A stretch of DNA of 59,201 nt, counting the filler, from Porpidia crustulata (lineage: Eukaryota): NCBI GenBank assembly GCA_964255105.1. It is 5 parts of 5 records of this genome, joined end to end, with 100 filler letters (N's around TTAATTAATTAA, not from the genome) between each part and the next. Parts side by side here need not be neighbours in the genome. Positions count along the whole stretch, not along the records: positions 35,612 to 47,364 come from CAXUWE010000606.1; positions 47,465 to 59,201 come from CAXUWE010000608.1; 3 more parts are not named here. One strand, 5' to 3'. Each line of letters begins with the position of its first letter. Position 1 is the stretch's first letter. The notes under the pieces were generated by a model. It did no database searches. It saw only the letters and a program-made list of their open reading frames with translations, and was not told the origin of the DNA. This document shows positions 38,601 through 51,283 of the stretch, piece after piece. The translations under genes and the position numbers were made by a program.

Positions 38601-41332
38601 CGGCGAGGAACCTGTGGAGTCGCTTATTATGATTTACACTTTCTCAACTTACCCTTTGCGGACTTAATCGATATTGGAAGATTCGGAGGCCGAGCAGAAC
38701 TATGCTCCACAGTCCACATCGCCAGTACCCCAACTTTTCGTTTAGCCGTGCCTGGTCCATCCCGATAAACGGTTGTACGACATACCTGCCATGCTTGAGA
38801 TAACATGAAACAAGCTGTGCCTTGCTGTGGCACATGAAACGAATTCGTGGTGGAGGGTGCCTTCCTTTCCTGGCGTTCAGATGCCGAATGGTAGGGGCGG
38901 TTGCACAATTCCAAATCTGCGCACTGTAGTGATATCGATTGAAGGACCAGACTGTGGTCATACCCATGAGCAAAAAAGTAAATTCGTTTCACTATCTACC
39001 ATGTATGCCTGATGTAAACATCGAAGACAGTGCCTGAGGGTTGAGACATTGGACAGCTGGATAGCTCTAGCGAAGCGGATGCAGTGCAAGCTTAATCTTG
39101 CAGTGACACGATGGAGCCTTGCTTGCTGCAACAGTCTAGAGATCCATATGCGGTTTCTCATCAAGGTACGGAGGCAAATCGGATGCCAATCATCTCCTCA
39201 ACGGATCGTGAAGACTTTGCAATTTGCAAGACTTCTGTCGAATTACTTAGAGGATGTCAATAGAGACTGCGCTGATTCGCCAGCGTCTGCTTCATGCTCG
39301 GGGGGTGACGAAGATTCGGTATGTGATGCGATGACCTCTAGCCAATGCTCACCAAGGAATACGAGAGCTTGATCATGGCATCGGCTCATCTTGTGTTGTG
39401 CCACGTTGATGACTCTCATGCTCACTGCCCCTACTACGGTACTCACGAGTCGCAAATACATGAGCTCTCATATCATCCATCATCTATCTTCATCAAACAT
39501 TCCACGGATGCGGCGCTTCTACCTCTCGGTCTCGTTTTCGTCGTTCCCGGATTTCGGTTGTGGAAAAGCCAGCGCATCCCTCCACACCGCCCACACTCTC
39601 TCCTATCAAATTCTTTGGCTGCCCACCACGCGCGGGTAGACGTTCTAGAGCTAAGTCCCGTTTGGGGTCTAACTCACGCAGCCTTCCTTGATCGGTTGCT
39701 CATTCCATCACAAGTGTCCCATGGTTCAACTTTAGTCATCACCATCCGAATGTTGTGGTTCTATGGTTCTGTGGTCCTGTGATCCTGTGGTCCTGTCAGT
39801 TTGTCCGTCTGTCACTGTCAGTGGGAATTGGGAGTTGGGTGCCTCACCTGTCGTTGGCAGTAATACCTTTGTAGTTAGTGAAGAGTAAGAATGCCAAGCG
39901 CTGTATCCCATCGTCCATCTTTACTTCCCCCCACCACCATTATTAGTAATTATATTCAATGCCGTTCATTCGTGGCAGAAAACTCCACTTCTATTGATTC
40001 CGCTCGATCTGACCAATGAGAGAAAAGACCCTTGCAACTCCACCGTTGATGTGTCTCGGCTCAAACCTCCCAGTCCCACCAGCTATTCCGATATCGTACG
40101 ACAACAGCAAGAAAGGCCTTCCTGGTCAATATTCGTCCAGATGACCCTTCAGGGAATCATCAATCGTGATCGACTCGGGGCGATTACAGAGCGTGCTTGT
40201 TCCCCAACCTTCCCGCCCCACCAGACAGGCATCCATTCGGTTGATCTCCCTCCCTAACTAGGTCAATCCAACTAAATCGCAGTAGTCTTCCCGAACTTCG
40301 CCTCCTGCGCTTCCACGGCGAACCTTTTCTAGAATGGGGGAGGGAAAGAGAGATAGTGAGAGACAGGGACAGGGAAAGCGCAAGAGAAAGCACCGTATTC
40401 TGGCGATGTTCGTTCTCCGTTGCTGATCTCATGATGCTGCAACGGCCATTGCCAATTTCCAATTTCTCAGATTGCCATGCCATGCCACCCCAGCTATCTC
40501 ATTCTCTGCCGCCCCGTCATGTGCAATCCAATTGCCAGCAGCTCAACCGATATCGAAGCCCAAGTCTCAACTCTCGACCAGGCTGACGGGGCGCGCCGCT
40601 CTGATTGGCCCTCTTCCGTTGGTCAGGGCTCTTAGTCGATCTAAATTGCTGCCAGGGTTGAGGGCCACTTAAATCGACGGCAGTGGGTCGTCTCTTCGCT
40701 TGCCTGCATCGTGCAGTCGACTAGAGCTAGGGTGCAATTCCGCTGCAGCCCAGACGCAAGCCGACGCTTGTAAGACAGATGAGCTTGGCTACTCTTGCTG
40801 AAAGTCAACACCACGCAGTCTTTTCTGCTCTTTTCTCCAGCGAAGCTTTCACATGACACAGACCACTTTGGGATAATCGTCTTTCTTTTTTTGCTGCTTC
40901 TTGCGCCGTCTAATCTCTGGACCGTGGTACATTGGGCCCTTCCCAATCATACCAAGATACCAAAACATCATTGCGGCGTCTACTGCAACCTAAAGGAACG
41001 TCTGGGGTCTCTGTCAGATTATTATTATCCATCATTTATTGCCCCACCTTCTCGCTCAAGCCGATCAGAAGTGGCATCGGGCTGCGCACCACTGCTACTG
41101 CTGCTGCTACTGACTATTACTATCACCTCTGTTGCTGCTACCTCTATCAGCTTGACATCCATCCTCCCATAAACTCCCTGCGTAGCTGGCGCGCCGTCCC
41201 GCAATCTGCGTCTGCTGTAAAAGGGCCCGTTCTCCCGCAGCGCATCGCATTGCAGCTCTCCCAGTCTCCACCAAATTGGCACTCAGTCCAATTCAATCCT
41301 TTCAATTTGCACCACAGCCTGAATCGTGTAAC

Positions 41333-41374
41333 TTGTTGTTGTTGTTGTTGTTATTATTATTATTACTACTATTA
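41333..41374 (+). repeat. Compound microsatellite (TTG)n(TTA)n(CTA)n upstream of stuA
   Basis: Direct reading. Confidence 0.9.
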
Positions 41375-41855
41375 GGTTGTTGTGACTATTGCCCGACCAA
41401 GCCAAAGGCAAAAGACTGCTGTAGCCACAATCCCTGCCGTGTAGGCCAATTGGAGCCCACAATCTTCGTCACGCATACTGGGACGATATCTTCTCCAACC
41501 CTCAAATCTCCAGATCGAAATTCCACTATCGGCGACAAAAGGACCATCAACATTGGGGGAACAATCTTCCGTCTTCCATCACCACCACCGCTGTTCCCAA
41601 CTCTTCTCGCGGTGCGATATACCATTTAACCTTTCACACTGGGAAAGTGATCCTTCACCTTCGGCCTTCTGTGTCCTATCACAGCGACAATCTAAAAGGC
41701 CGGTATTTTCGCGCCAGTCCTCGCGCTAAAATCCACTCCCTCCACCACCAACAACACACCCCAACCTCCCCTTCTCTTCGTCCATTTCTTCCTTTTACCT
41801 ACCTACCCTCCATCCCTGGTGCGTTCCGACGCGGTCGAGCGCTTTGCGATTTTGC

Positions 41856-43147
41856 ATGATCACTCCAAGGCGCTGGCAGGTACGTACAGGTGCAGCCCGC
41901 TGACGGTGTTGCCTACCTTATCGCTAGTCTGCATTCCGTCTGCGCCTAACTAACGGCTGTGCTGCAGAATTGATTAACGACCAAGGTTTTGTCCAGCCCA
42001 CCAGCAACGATAGTAACGGCCATCCACGATCTTTCTTTACGCAGACACGCCAGTACCCGGTAAACGCGTTCCTGGAGCAATTGTTGTCTTTGAGCTTCGC
42101 AACTCCGCCTGTCCCAATAGAGCACCCTGAAAAACATACAGCCCGCTACGATTCGCCTCCGTCAAACCAGCAAACCTTCATCTGGGCTTTTCTCTTTAAT
42201 GACCTGAAACGAGCCTCACGTCAACATTGCAGTTTATTCGCCTTATTTACTTCCCAGCCCAAACGTCGGGTTGTCTGTTCCAATCCAGTGTACATCAGCA
42301 CCTGTCAGATCCGCATCACCAATCCAGCTCGAAAGGGCAACCACCAACCCCGTGCATCAGCTGCAAGTCGCGAAACCTGCGAAGCTTCCCCTTGGACAAT
42401 CTTATCGATAGGTGCAAGTGCTCTTCGCTCGAACTGCGCAGTTCGACGCCCCGCCATTCAGAGGCCAGACAAGTAGCGGCTGGACGCTCGTACTGTACGT
42501 TTGGAGAGGGAAAATAGAGCAGATTATACTCGGATCTCTTCAAGAGAAAATAGGCCACGATAAATCGTACTGGATATTCTGATCTCGGAGAGCCTGCGCA
42601 GCCTCGATTCAGCACACCTAAGCCCAGATCCTGATTGAATAGAGGTTGACGTGTTTCGTTAGTCTGTGATCGATTGCAACAAATCGTAAGCCCAGGTCAC
42701 TCAAGGCCCTTCCCTTACAATACCGAAAAACTGGAGCTCCCTTCAATCTCCCAGGTCCACACGCGAGGTCCCGCCGATATTCCGTGGTACAACTCCCACT
42801 ATTCACAGCGTTCATTACTGTCAGGCGACCGTTTACCAAACCTGCATCTACCCCAATCGTACACTTCAAGCGCCGCTTGCGGCCCAACTTCATCTCGATC
42901 TGGTCTTTCGGAATCATCCTCGAGCGGCAACGGCAGCCACTATCCGTCTTCTCAGACGAGTACGTCGTCATATCCTGGTGCCAACTCCGGGATTGGCCTC
43001 AAAACACCTTCGCCTTCTCCAACTGCCCAGAACATCGTGCCGCACCCGCACGGTTTATCCGACGAGTCTGCGGAACATTCGGAGTACACAAGCCAGCCCC
43101 AGGGTATTCAACCTTACACTCAAATTGCTGAACCTTACAGCGTCACC
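41856..43147 (+). other. Putative stuA leader exons (41856-41879, 42233-42494, 42663-): in-frame N-terminal extension or spliced uORF
   Basis: GTACGT donors at 41880 and 42495, YAG acceptors at 42232 and 42662. There are 161 stop-free, ATG-free codons in frame upstream of ATG 43148. Confidence 0.5.
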
Positions 43148-45299
43148 ATGAACCAACCGCAACAGTACATGGATTCACATACTCCACATATGTCGGCCGG
43201 ACAGTCGTATGCACCTCAGCCGACTACCGCAGGTGGGATGTCACATTACCCACAGTATCCTCAGCAATCATCGGTCCTCCAGAATGGATCCAGTGGCTAT
43301 GCTCCGCCACCCAGCTCGTATGGTTATGCTTACCCGAATGTCACATCCCCACAAGGTGGCAGTCATCCCATATCCTCTTCTATAGGCAACCAGATGGGCC
43401 AAATGCTACCATTGCCAGGTATTTTCTAGGATTTGGAGGATGATCATGTACGCAAGCTAATGTCCGCAGCAATGCCTGGAGGCGGGCCGCAAAACGGTTA
43501 CGGTGGTGTCCCTGGGGGTACTCCGGGATATTCATCTCAAAGCTACGATACAACTGGCCAGGTTGCACCTCCTGGAATGAAGCCTCGGGTAACGGCAACT
43601 CTGTGGGAAGACGAGGGTAGCATGTGTTTTCAGGTTGAAGCTAGGGGTGTATGCGTTGCAAGACGAGACGGTACGGTCCACTACATGCCGCCAAATTGGC
43701 GAGATGTCTCGCCTCATGGTTCAATTCCTTCCAACCAACAACTAACGATCTTTTGCAGATAATCACATGATTAATGGCACGAAACTCCTCAATGTTGCGG
43801 GTATGACTCGAGGCCGTCGGGATGGTATACTCAAAAGTGAAAAGCTGCGCCATGTGGTCAAGATTGGCCCGATGCACCTGAAGGGAGTTTGGTGCGATTG
43901 CTGTAGTCTCCGTTTATTGGACATATGGCTAATCGTCCGCAGGATTCCCTTTGAGCGCGCTCTAGATTTCGCGAACAAGGAAAAGATAACCGAACTTCTA
44001 TATCCTCTGTTCGTGCACAACATAGGCGCTCTACTCTATCACCCAACGAATTCGAACAGGACAAACGCTGTGATGGCTGCCGCAGAACGCCGCAAGCTTG
44101 ACAACAGTAAACAGCAACAAGGCCTCCTCGGTCCTCCTAATTCGCAACCGCCAAATCTCGTCCATCATCACTCGATGAACAACGCTGTCGGTTCACACGT
44201 GTCTTCAGCGCCGCACTCCATTGCGCCGCATCCTTCGGCTGGGAGACCCGATCTTAATCGAGCGCACACTTTCCCCACCCCTCCGACAAGTGCATCAAGC
44301 ACCCACATGAGTATGGGAAACCAAGGAAATTCTTATGATTGGCCAGGTGCTCAAAGTGCGCAGTCTGTTCCGATTGATAACCATGTACATTCGACACCCA
44401 ATACACCAGCAACCACTCCTCCGGGAGCGTCAATGCAGACCTACCCAAACCAGCCCTACGACAGCTCTCGGCCGATGTACTCGACAGCGACATCGCAGCA
44501 AGGCCAGTACGCTCCTCAGCAAAATGTGCAGCAGCATGGCCTGCCGCGTGCTCCCATGCAAACCAATCCGTATTTGAAGCACGAAATGGGCCCTCCTACG
44601 TCGCGTGCGCCTGGATTAGGCTCAGAGCTGGAACACTCTGATCACAAGAGTGAGTCCTATCCTCACAGCCAGGGAAATGAGCAATTGGGCCATGGAGCTG
44701 GTGAAGAAGAAGCAGATCATGAGCATGACGCAGACTACGCGCATGAAAATCATACTGCATACAACGGGAACCGTGGCCCCACTTATACGTACAATTCGGT
44801 TGCGAATCTTGGTTCAATACATGGAGAACCTTCTCATCTCTCACCCGAAATGAATGGCTCTCCCTCTCATCAGAATGGAACTGGACGAGGAACGCCTCGC
44901 AACTCCACGGGAAGTCAGAGTCAATGGGCGGCGGGATATCATAGCCCGCCACGCGCTGCACCATCCAGCAATTTGTATAATATAATGAGCGACGCTCGGG
45001 GAAGTGCGTCAAACGGAAATTCGACGACGGAGAATTATGCCTCGGCCCCATTACAATCTACTTATGCACCCTCACACATCAATGGCGCGACTCCCTCGAA
45101 CAAACGCATCCGTGAAGACGACGACCAAGACCATCAATCTCGCCCTGCCAGTCGCGGCGATGATATTGACGCAATGAAACGCCGCAAACTCAAAAGAGAA
45201 GGCAGCGTGGGCGGACCCATAGGCACAGGTTCCTTTGAACGAAACGCACGGCCGATCAATCAACCTCGGACTACCGCTGTCCCGCGAGGCCGTCGGTAA
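43148..45299 (+). CDS. stuA: APSES transcription factor StuA (exons 43148-43418, 43470-43670, 43759-43891, 43943-45299)
   Basis: N-terminus [14 protein letters not shown] domain [99 protein letters not shown]. Also [14 protein letters not shown]. Confidence 0.96.
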
Positions 45300-46730
45300 C
45301 CCTCAGCTTTTGATATTTGGATGATTTTCTGTTTTACACGGCGGAGCGTTAGAAGAGCATCTGGCGAAACTACGAATACGGTTCATGATGTTCGGTGATG
45401 AATCTAACGACGGGAATTTGGGTACCCAGCAATATACATCTACTTTGCTCGACACATTTTCTTTAATTGGTTTCTAGTTGGATCTACCTAGAAGATCTTC
45501 CGATCCATGGACACACCTTCCGACACATTTCTTTAGCTGTCAATTCGAAGAACCTCAAGGTTCATATTGACGACCTTGTCTCTATCATACATTTACTTGC
45601 ATTTTTATGACCTCACGACATGACCTTCGATTCTTCCACCACTCCGCCTACCCTCGCCGGGAGGCGTGACGATTACGAATTCCGTTACCGTAGGATATTT
45701 GGAGCAGGAGGTATGGGCGACGAAGATACACTGTTTAATCGACCAAAAAAGCCTTTTAACGATCCAAGGCCGGGGAATGTGGAAAGCGCTGCAAGCGAGG
45801 GGAAGGGGTCTACTGTTTGGCTTTGGGCAATGTGCTTTAGACATCTATAGCTATGCGCGAATGACAAAAGTGGGATTTTTTCGAGAGCTCGAGTACAACG
45901 ACCTTGCGAGATAGAGGCGATGTTGTGACGGATCGTGGTCGATCAACGCGTGCGTAATCTGCTGAACATGCTTTGAGCCCAACGACCATGTCTACCGCAC
46001 ATGCTGTTGCAGCCGGCCCTGTAATTCTTCAGATCTGCCGGATCTGCTGAACATTAGCATTTGAAGCGAACGCGAAAGGGTGCGTGCTTCAGATCCCGAT
46101 TTGAGTAGAAGGAAAACGAGAGGCGCCTGTTGTACGAGTACCGACATGCAACTAGATATTGATGCACCATCTCCCAAAACCAATGCAGCTGTACATCTGC
46201 ACGACTTACGTGCGTGAGAGTCTGTGCTCTCTGGGGTCGACTTGGTCGTATGAATTTATCCGCAAAGGTTGCACCACTGACAGTCCAGATTGGGAGACGT
46301 CCTTTTGGCGCGCCAATGTTCTCGCCCCGACATCATTTATTCCAAATCCACCATTTCAACCATTTACACAACATTCAAGCCTTGTTGCCAGGATCGTCCA
46401 ACATCCACGGTAGCGATCGTCCCGATTCCAACATTGCTGCTTCGCGCATGTCCCTGGCCACAAGTGGCAGCATTCTGACTTTCTCATACCCGACTAGCAA
46501 AAGATTGCGACATCCGGAAAGCCCACGATAATAAACCTTGTTGTCACACCAACGCCAACAACCCACCTGCACGCCCGAACCAGGCTTCAAATTCAATTCG
46601 GGGAGATAGCATCGACACCAATCGCTCCCCTGTTCCCTCAAAAACATCGCCGCGACAGCTCCAACTCTCCAGCCCCGCATATGCTGTCTTCGTAGATCCG
46701 GTGGTTCTCCAGCCTAGACTAGCTTACACG

Positions 46731-47364
46731 ATGCCACCTCAACGCACGCCACACCCCCCCGCCGCGGAACCCTCGCGCAAGATCTTTGATCCCTGGAACT
46801 CCTCCGCGACAGGCCACCAGCGGGCTGACAATCGCCTCGCGGGCAGTACATCATGGCGCGCCTCACGCACCATGAAGCTAGCGCATCAGTACAAAGCCGG
46901 GGCCGGGGGTGGGAAAAGAATGTACGACAGCGTTGGCGCCGGGAGCAAAAACTTCGGCACCGACGGCCGTAAAGAAAATGGCAGCTGGGAAGTAGACGCG
47001 CCTGGTCTGCGAGAGAAAGGATGGCAGGACGTGCGGGGCCTGCTGCTGGCGGGCAACGAAGGCACACACAAGCAGCGCGGGGCGGACTCGCTTAGATCAC
47101 GAATCACCCTCGGGGCAGCGCAACCCGCAGGACCCGAAGCCGATCTTCCGCAATCTATGCATCTACATCAACGGCTCCACCGCCCCGATGATCGGCGACT
47201 TCAAACTCAAGCACCTGCTGGCGGAGCACGGCGCCAGCCTTAGCATCGCGCTTGGCAGAAGAACCGTCACACACGTCATCCTCGGGACGCCGAACGGGAG
47301 CGTTGCTGGCCCCGGTGCCGGGGGCGGGCTGGCGGCGGGGAAGCTCCAGAGGGAGATTCGGCGC
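46731..47364 (+). CDS. Fungal BRCT-domain protein, partial (3' end in gap), with an apparent frameshift near 47045-47130
   Basis: N-terminal FDPWNSSATGHQRADNRL..SWRASR is in one frame. BRCT-like IFRNLCIYINGSTAPMIGDFKLKHLLAEHGA..GRRTVTHVILG is in the +1 frame. Confidence 0.7.
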
Positions 47365-47464
47365 NNNNNNNNNNNNNNNNNNNNNNNNNNNNNNNNNNNN
47401 NNNNNNNNTTAATTAATTAANNNNNNNNNNNNNNNNNNNNNNNNNNNNNNNNNNNNNNNNNNNN
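47365..47464. other. Assembly gap with artificial spacer
   Basis: N-run plus TTAATTAATTAA. Confidence 0.98.
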
Positions 47465-48450
47465 TTTGGGTCAACGACAATAAGTGGAGGGTCGCTGTTC
47501 CAGGGAAATTATGTTGATCGAGATGATGGCATCTAATTAATAGGAACGTTGTATCGAGGGATGGAATTGCACTTCATTCCTCCGACGACATAATTGTTTA
47601 ATATGAACTTTGACCGTGGTACTAGAAATATGCCATCAATCTAAAATTAGGTGGGAGTAGTCAAGCGCTCTAGGCGGTACAGATACACGACACGGCACCA
47701 ACCAATCAACACTCTCATCTTACATCCTGCCTGGCGCCTGCAATCAAAGCCTCAAGGCACTGCAACAGAATCGTCGCATCCTGCTGGCAAAATCGAGGAT
47801 GGTTCCTTCCACGATCTCAGCGATGAGCAACCTCGCGTCCACGTATCATTCATCCTCCCAGGGAGGAGGATGAATGATGAATCCTGGCTTGCTTGAAAAT
47901 CGCATTACTGCCGGGATAATCGAGCTCTAGGAGGTTCTGCCCAGGATAGCGTAGGTCCAGGGGTCCTACCCATAAAAGAGACTAGCGTGGATGTCGCTCC
48001 CGGGAGAACGCACCTAGGGGTGGCAACTTGACCAAGCACAGAGAAAGATGAAGAGGACTGGAAGTGTGCCCTGGGGAGACCAGAATGAGAGCAGATCGGG
48101 GAACTCGAATGATGGTCTGGGGGATCAGAATTGGAATAGATGTGGGGGATCCAGAATTGGAGCCTGCTTGGGACCTGATATGTACCCCGGGGGATCAGAA
48201 ATGGAGCGGAGGGAAGGAAGGGGAGCTAAAATTGAAGCCCAGCAAAATCGAGTTGATGGACATCCCGAAGAGGAGCAGGATGCCAGGTTAGAGTTCTCTC
48301 AATTTGCCTGCCTCAACTACGACTCAAGACCCGCATAATTCTTCTGCATATGTAACGCGTCGGCCAAATGACCACACTTCGATCAAGTAACTTGAACCGT
48401 GCGGCTTGTAGGGCAAAGTGCCGAAAGAAATTATCCGAGCATATTCGTAA

Positions 48451-48845
48451 GATCGAGCTACCTCAGGTGCTTACACATCAGGCCCTGACAACAGCAGAGA
48501 AACGCGAGAATACCAAGATCCCTATTACCGAGAGCGCCGAGAGGGTTTCATGTCTTTCAAGAGAGAATTCGACTACTACTCCTTGGGGTTGATGCTGCTT
48601 GAGATCGGCGTGTGGGAATCTTTGAGTAGTGTCTACAAGAGGCAGCTTACGTCTTCTCCCTCGCAACTCCGAAAAGAATATATCAGACATTGTGAAAAAC
48701 AGCTCCTGGAACGAATGGGTCCGATCTACTCCAAGGTTACAATGAAGTGTCTTGAGTCAGAGTCTCACTTCAGTGGTAAGGAAGCAGATGTTGCTGTAGC
48801 TTTTCAAAATCTTGTAATTGACGAGCTGAAGAGCTGCAAAGTTAG
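48451..48845 (+). pseudogene. 5'-truncated C-lobe of a fungal kinase-like domain (type often fused to HeLo domains)
   Basis: AYTSGPD..EYQDPYY..FKREFDYYSLGLMLLEIGVW..LERMGPIYSKVTMKCL..FQNLVIDELKSC. An in-frame TAA lies at 48448-48450 and no N-lobe is visible upstream. Confidence 0.6.
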
Positions 48846-49744
48846 AGCCAGTCACAAGAATTCGAAACTGAAACAATGGTTGGGCAACTACTATTTGTTT
48901 GAGATTCAAGTGCGTCTATACCGATCCCAAATTGATCTCCCACCTTTGTGATTATTACCATGATGTCGTTGTAAGAATTGCTTGAATAACAGCTGTAGAG
49001 CTTGAGCCTAGCCTCCGGCGTTTGCGAGGTTGCGAGAGCCATTCACGACGGACTTTGCAGAAATCTCGAGCAGAATTACTTTTGCGGTGGCGACAAGAAA
49101 GGTCAGTGAAATGACAAAGACGCAAACATATACGTGAACGACGAAGAAGAGGTTGAAGATGCGATGCCTGCGGTCAAGCGTTGGTTTCACGGTCATGAGG
49201 GGCGATGACTGATGATTCTAGACAGAGCAGACATCATCGACAACGATCAAAACATACTCTATATCGATCAGGATTATCTCATGCCCGACGCTCGGACTGC
49301 GCACTGCCGTTACGTCACGGAGCTCGACGGTCAAGGGAATGACGACTTCGAACGCGGTTGACGTGCAGGGTGAATACAACATGATGTCTCGGAGAAGATA
49401 CGTAGCGACGAAATTGCAGCGGCAAGAAGCCGATGGAAGATTCAGAAGTCGATGCTGACAGCGAAGTTGAATGCTCTGCAGAAGGATCGAGGCGCAGTGA
49501 AAAAGTCTGAGTGACTACGAGTTCTCACTTGACCCGAACGCGAGGCTCGTTTATTATAGATCTTTCAGAATTGACATGAGCACTGGCTACAGTTCTACAC
49601 AGGGGTGTTCACAAATAATTGATTTATATGATCAAGGTACTGGCTGGTTTTCACACTGTAGATAATATTTACTCTGATTCGCAGAATTCCAAGAAACGGG
49701 AAGAATCGAGAGGCTATTGCTTCAGTGATGTCCCATCCACACTC

Positions 49745-50402
49745 TCAAAGACGTATCTCCGGTTCAAGTCGCTGCCACGTAGAATTCCCTCTATGTATCT
49801 TGCAATTTTTTCGCTGAAGCTTCGCAGGAAATCTCCTCTCGACGTCTAAGAAGGCAGAAAACAATGGAACAGATAGTCTTTCGACCTTGGTCAAATCAGT
49901 GGTTGATGCGGGAGGTTCACAGGGAAGCTCAATCATAGTTTTGAACTTCATACTCCCCTTTCATAGGCACCAAAGCAAGAATACCGGTGCCCAGCCTCTC
50001 CTCAAGCACGCGCCAGTTACGTTCAGCGCGAAGTCTGTCTTTCAGGTACTGCAAGTTTTTCTGGTATTCGTCATTTGCCGCAGCCCGACGTTTTCGAGAT
50101 GGCATCAGATCGGGATAAGCTTGAGCTATCAAATCTGTCAGTGCCTGCGAAGCCGGACGATTGAAAGTGAGATCACTTTGTGCGTCTGCGATCCGTTCCT
50201 GATTCATGTTGTTGTGTTTCAAACTTCTTCGGGCGCGTTCAGGCCTGTGGGTTTTGTGATAATCCTCCTGCCGCTGGCGGTGGGTCATTAAGGACGCTAA
50301 ATAGTATCTTCTTAATATAGGAGTCTTTGTGTCAGCAAGGTTCAACTTGTACCGTCTGGTCTGAGCAAGCAGATATTGGCTTTTCCGGGACTGGGTGGGC
50401 AC
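49745..50402 (-). pseudogene. Fragmented hypothetical gene of accessory-region type
   Basis: Protein-like 157-aa frame (..LKDRLRAERNWRVLEERLGTGILALVP..) continues in a second frame (VERLSVPLFSAFLD). No clean start; the flanks contain stops. Confidence 0.4.
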
Positions 50403-50758
50403 AACTTCAAGCGTGAGGCGCAGTATGAGCGTTCAGGTCAGTGCACATGTCTCGATTGTTATGAGCACGTCTGATAATTCTAGCAGACTCGATCGATATC
50501 GACGAGAACAGAACTGATATCAATGACCATGATCTCCCTGCATTGAAGAAGCATAGAGACTGAAGAAAGCGACTTTACAACCTGTATTCAAAGTTCCTCC
50601 CGGACTCGGATTTCTCTACAACCGAGCGCTGCAGCATCACAAGAATACTGCAAGCTCAAATCAAGCAAGTGACGTTGATGACAGTCAAGATGGATACAGA
50701 ACGTGGACCTCTGATCCAAAAGTGAAACGGTGTTTAACATTTCACAGACATTCCGTTT

Positions 50759-51283
50759 GTGATGCAGAACGAGGACATCAAGACTGGCGAGGAGAGCATT
50801 TCTGCTGAGATAAAAAGTATCATGTCTGAGATTGATACTGCAGACACTCAGCTCAAAACACCTTGTTTAACAAAAGAGCCAAAGACACATCATTGCTCGG
50901 ATCCTAATATAATCGTCAAGTCTAACATCACTTCATTTGAGGACTGTGAAAGGCGGTCTGTCCACGCGAATGTTCATAATGGGAGAACATCAGCCACGAA
51001 CGGTTCCGTCAGCATTACCGCCATCAGATCACTTGGCACCGAGCAACATCAGGGTCCTGATGGTCCAGCAGAGGTAAAAGAGCAGGAGTGGAAAACTACA
51101 GAGATTCTCGAGAAGAGAGCGGCCGGGCCAGAAACGGAATACATGATACGCTGAAAAGATACATGATTGCCCAGAAGTGAATTAGAAAACGCACAGGGGT
51201 TGTTAGAGAAGTTTGAGGCAAAAGGCCGAGCACAGCATGAACATAAACGGGGTAGACCGGCTCGGACGGACAAAGGCTGGTGA
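50759..51283 (+). pseudogene. Chromodomain gene relic with a C-terminal KRGRP (AT-hook-like) motif
   Basis: EWKTTEILEKRAAGPETEYMIR*KDT*LPRSELENAQGLLEKFEAK..HKRGRP. Both TGA stops (51152, 51164) fall where chromodomain Trp residues are expected. Confidence 0.65.
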
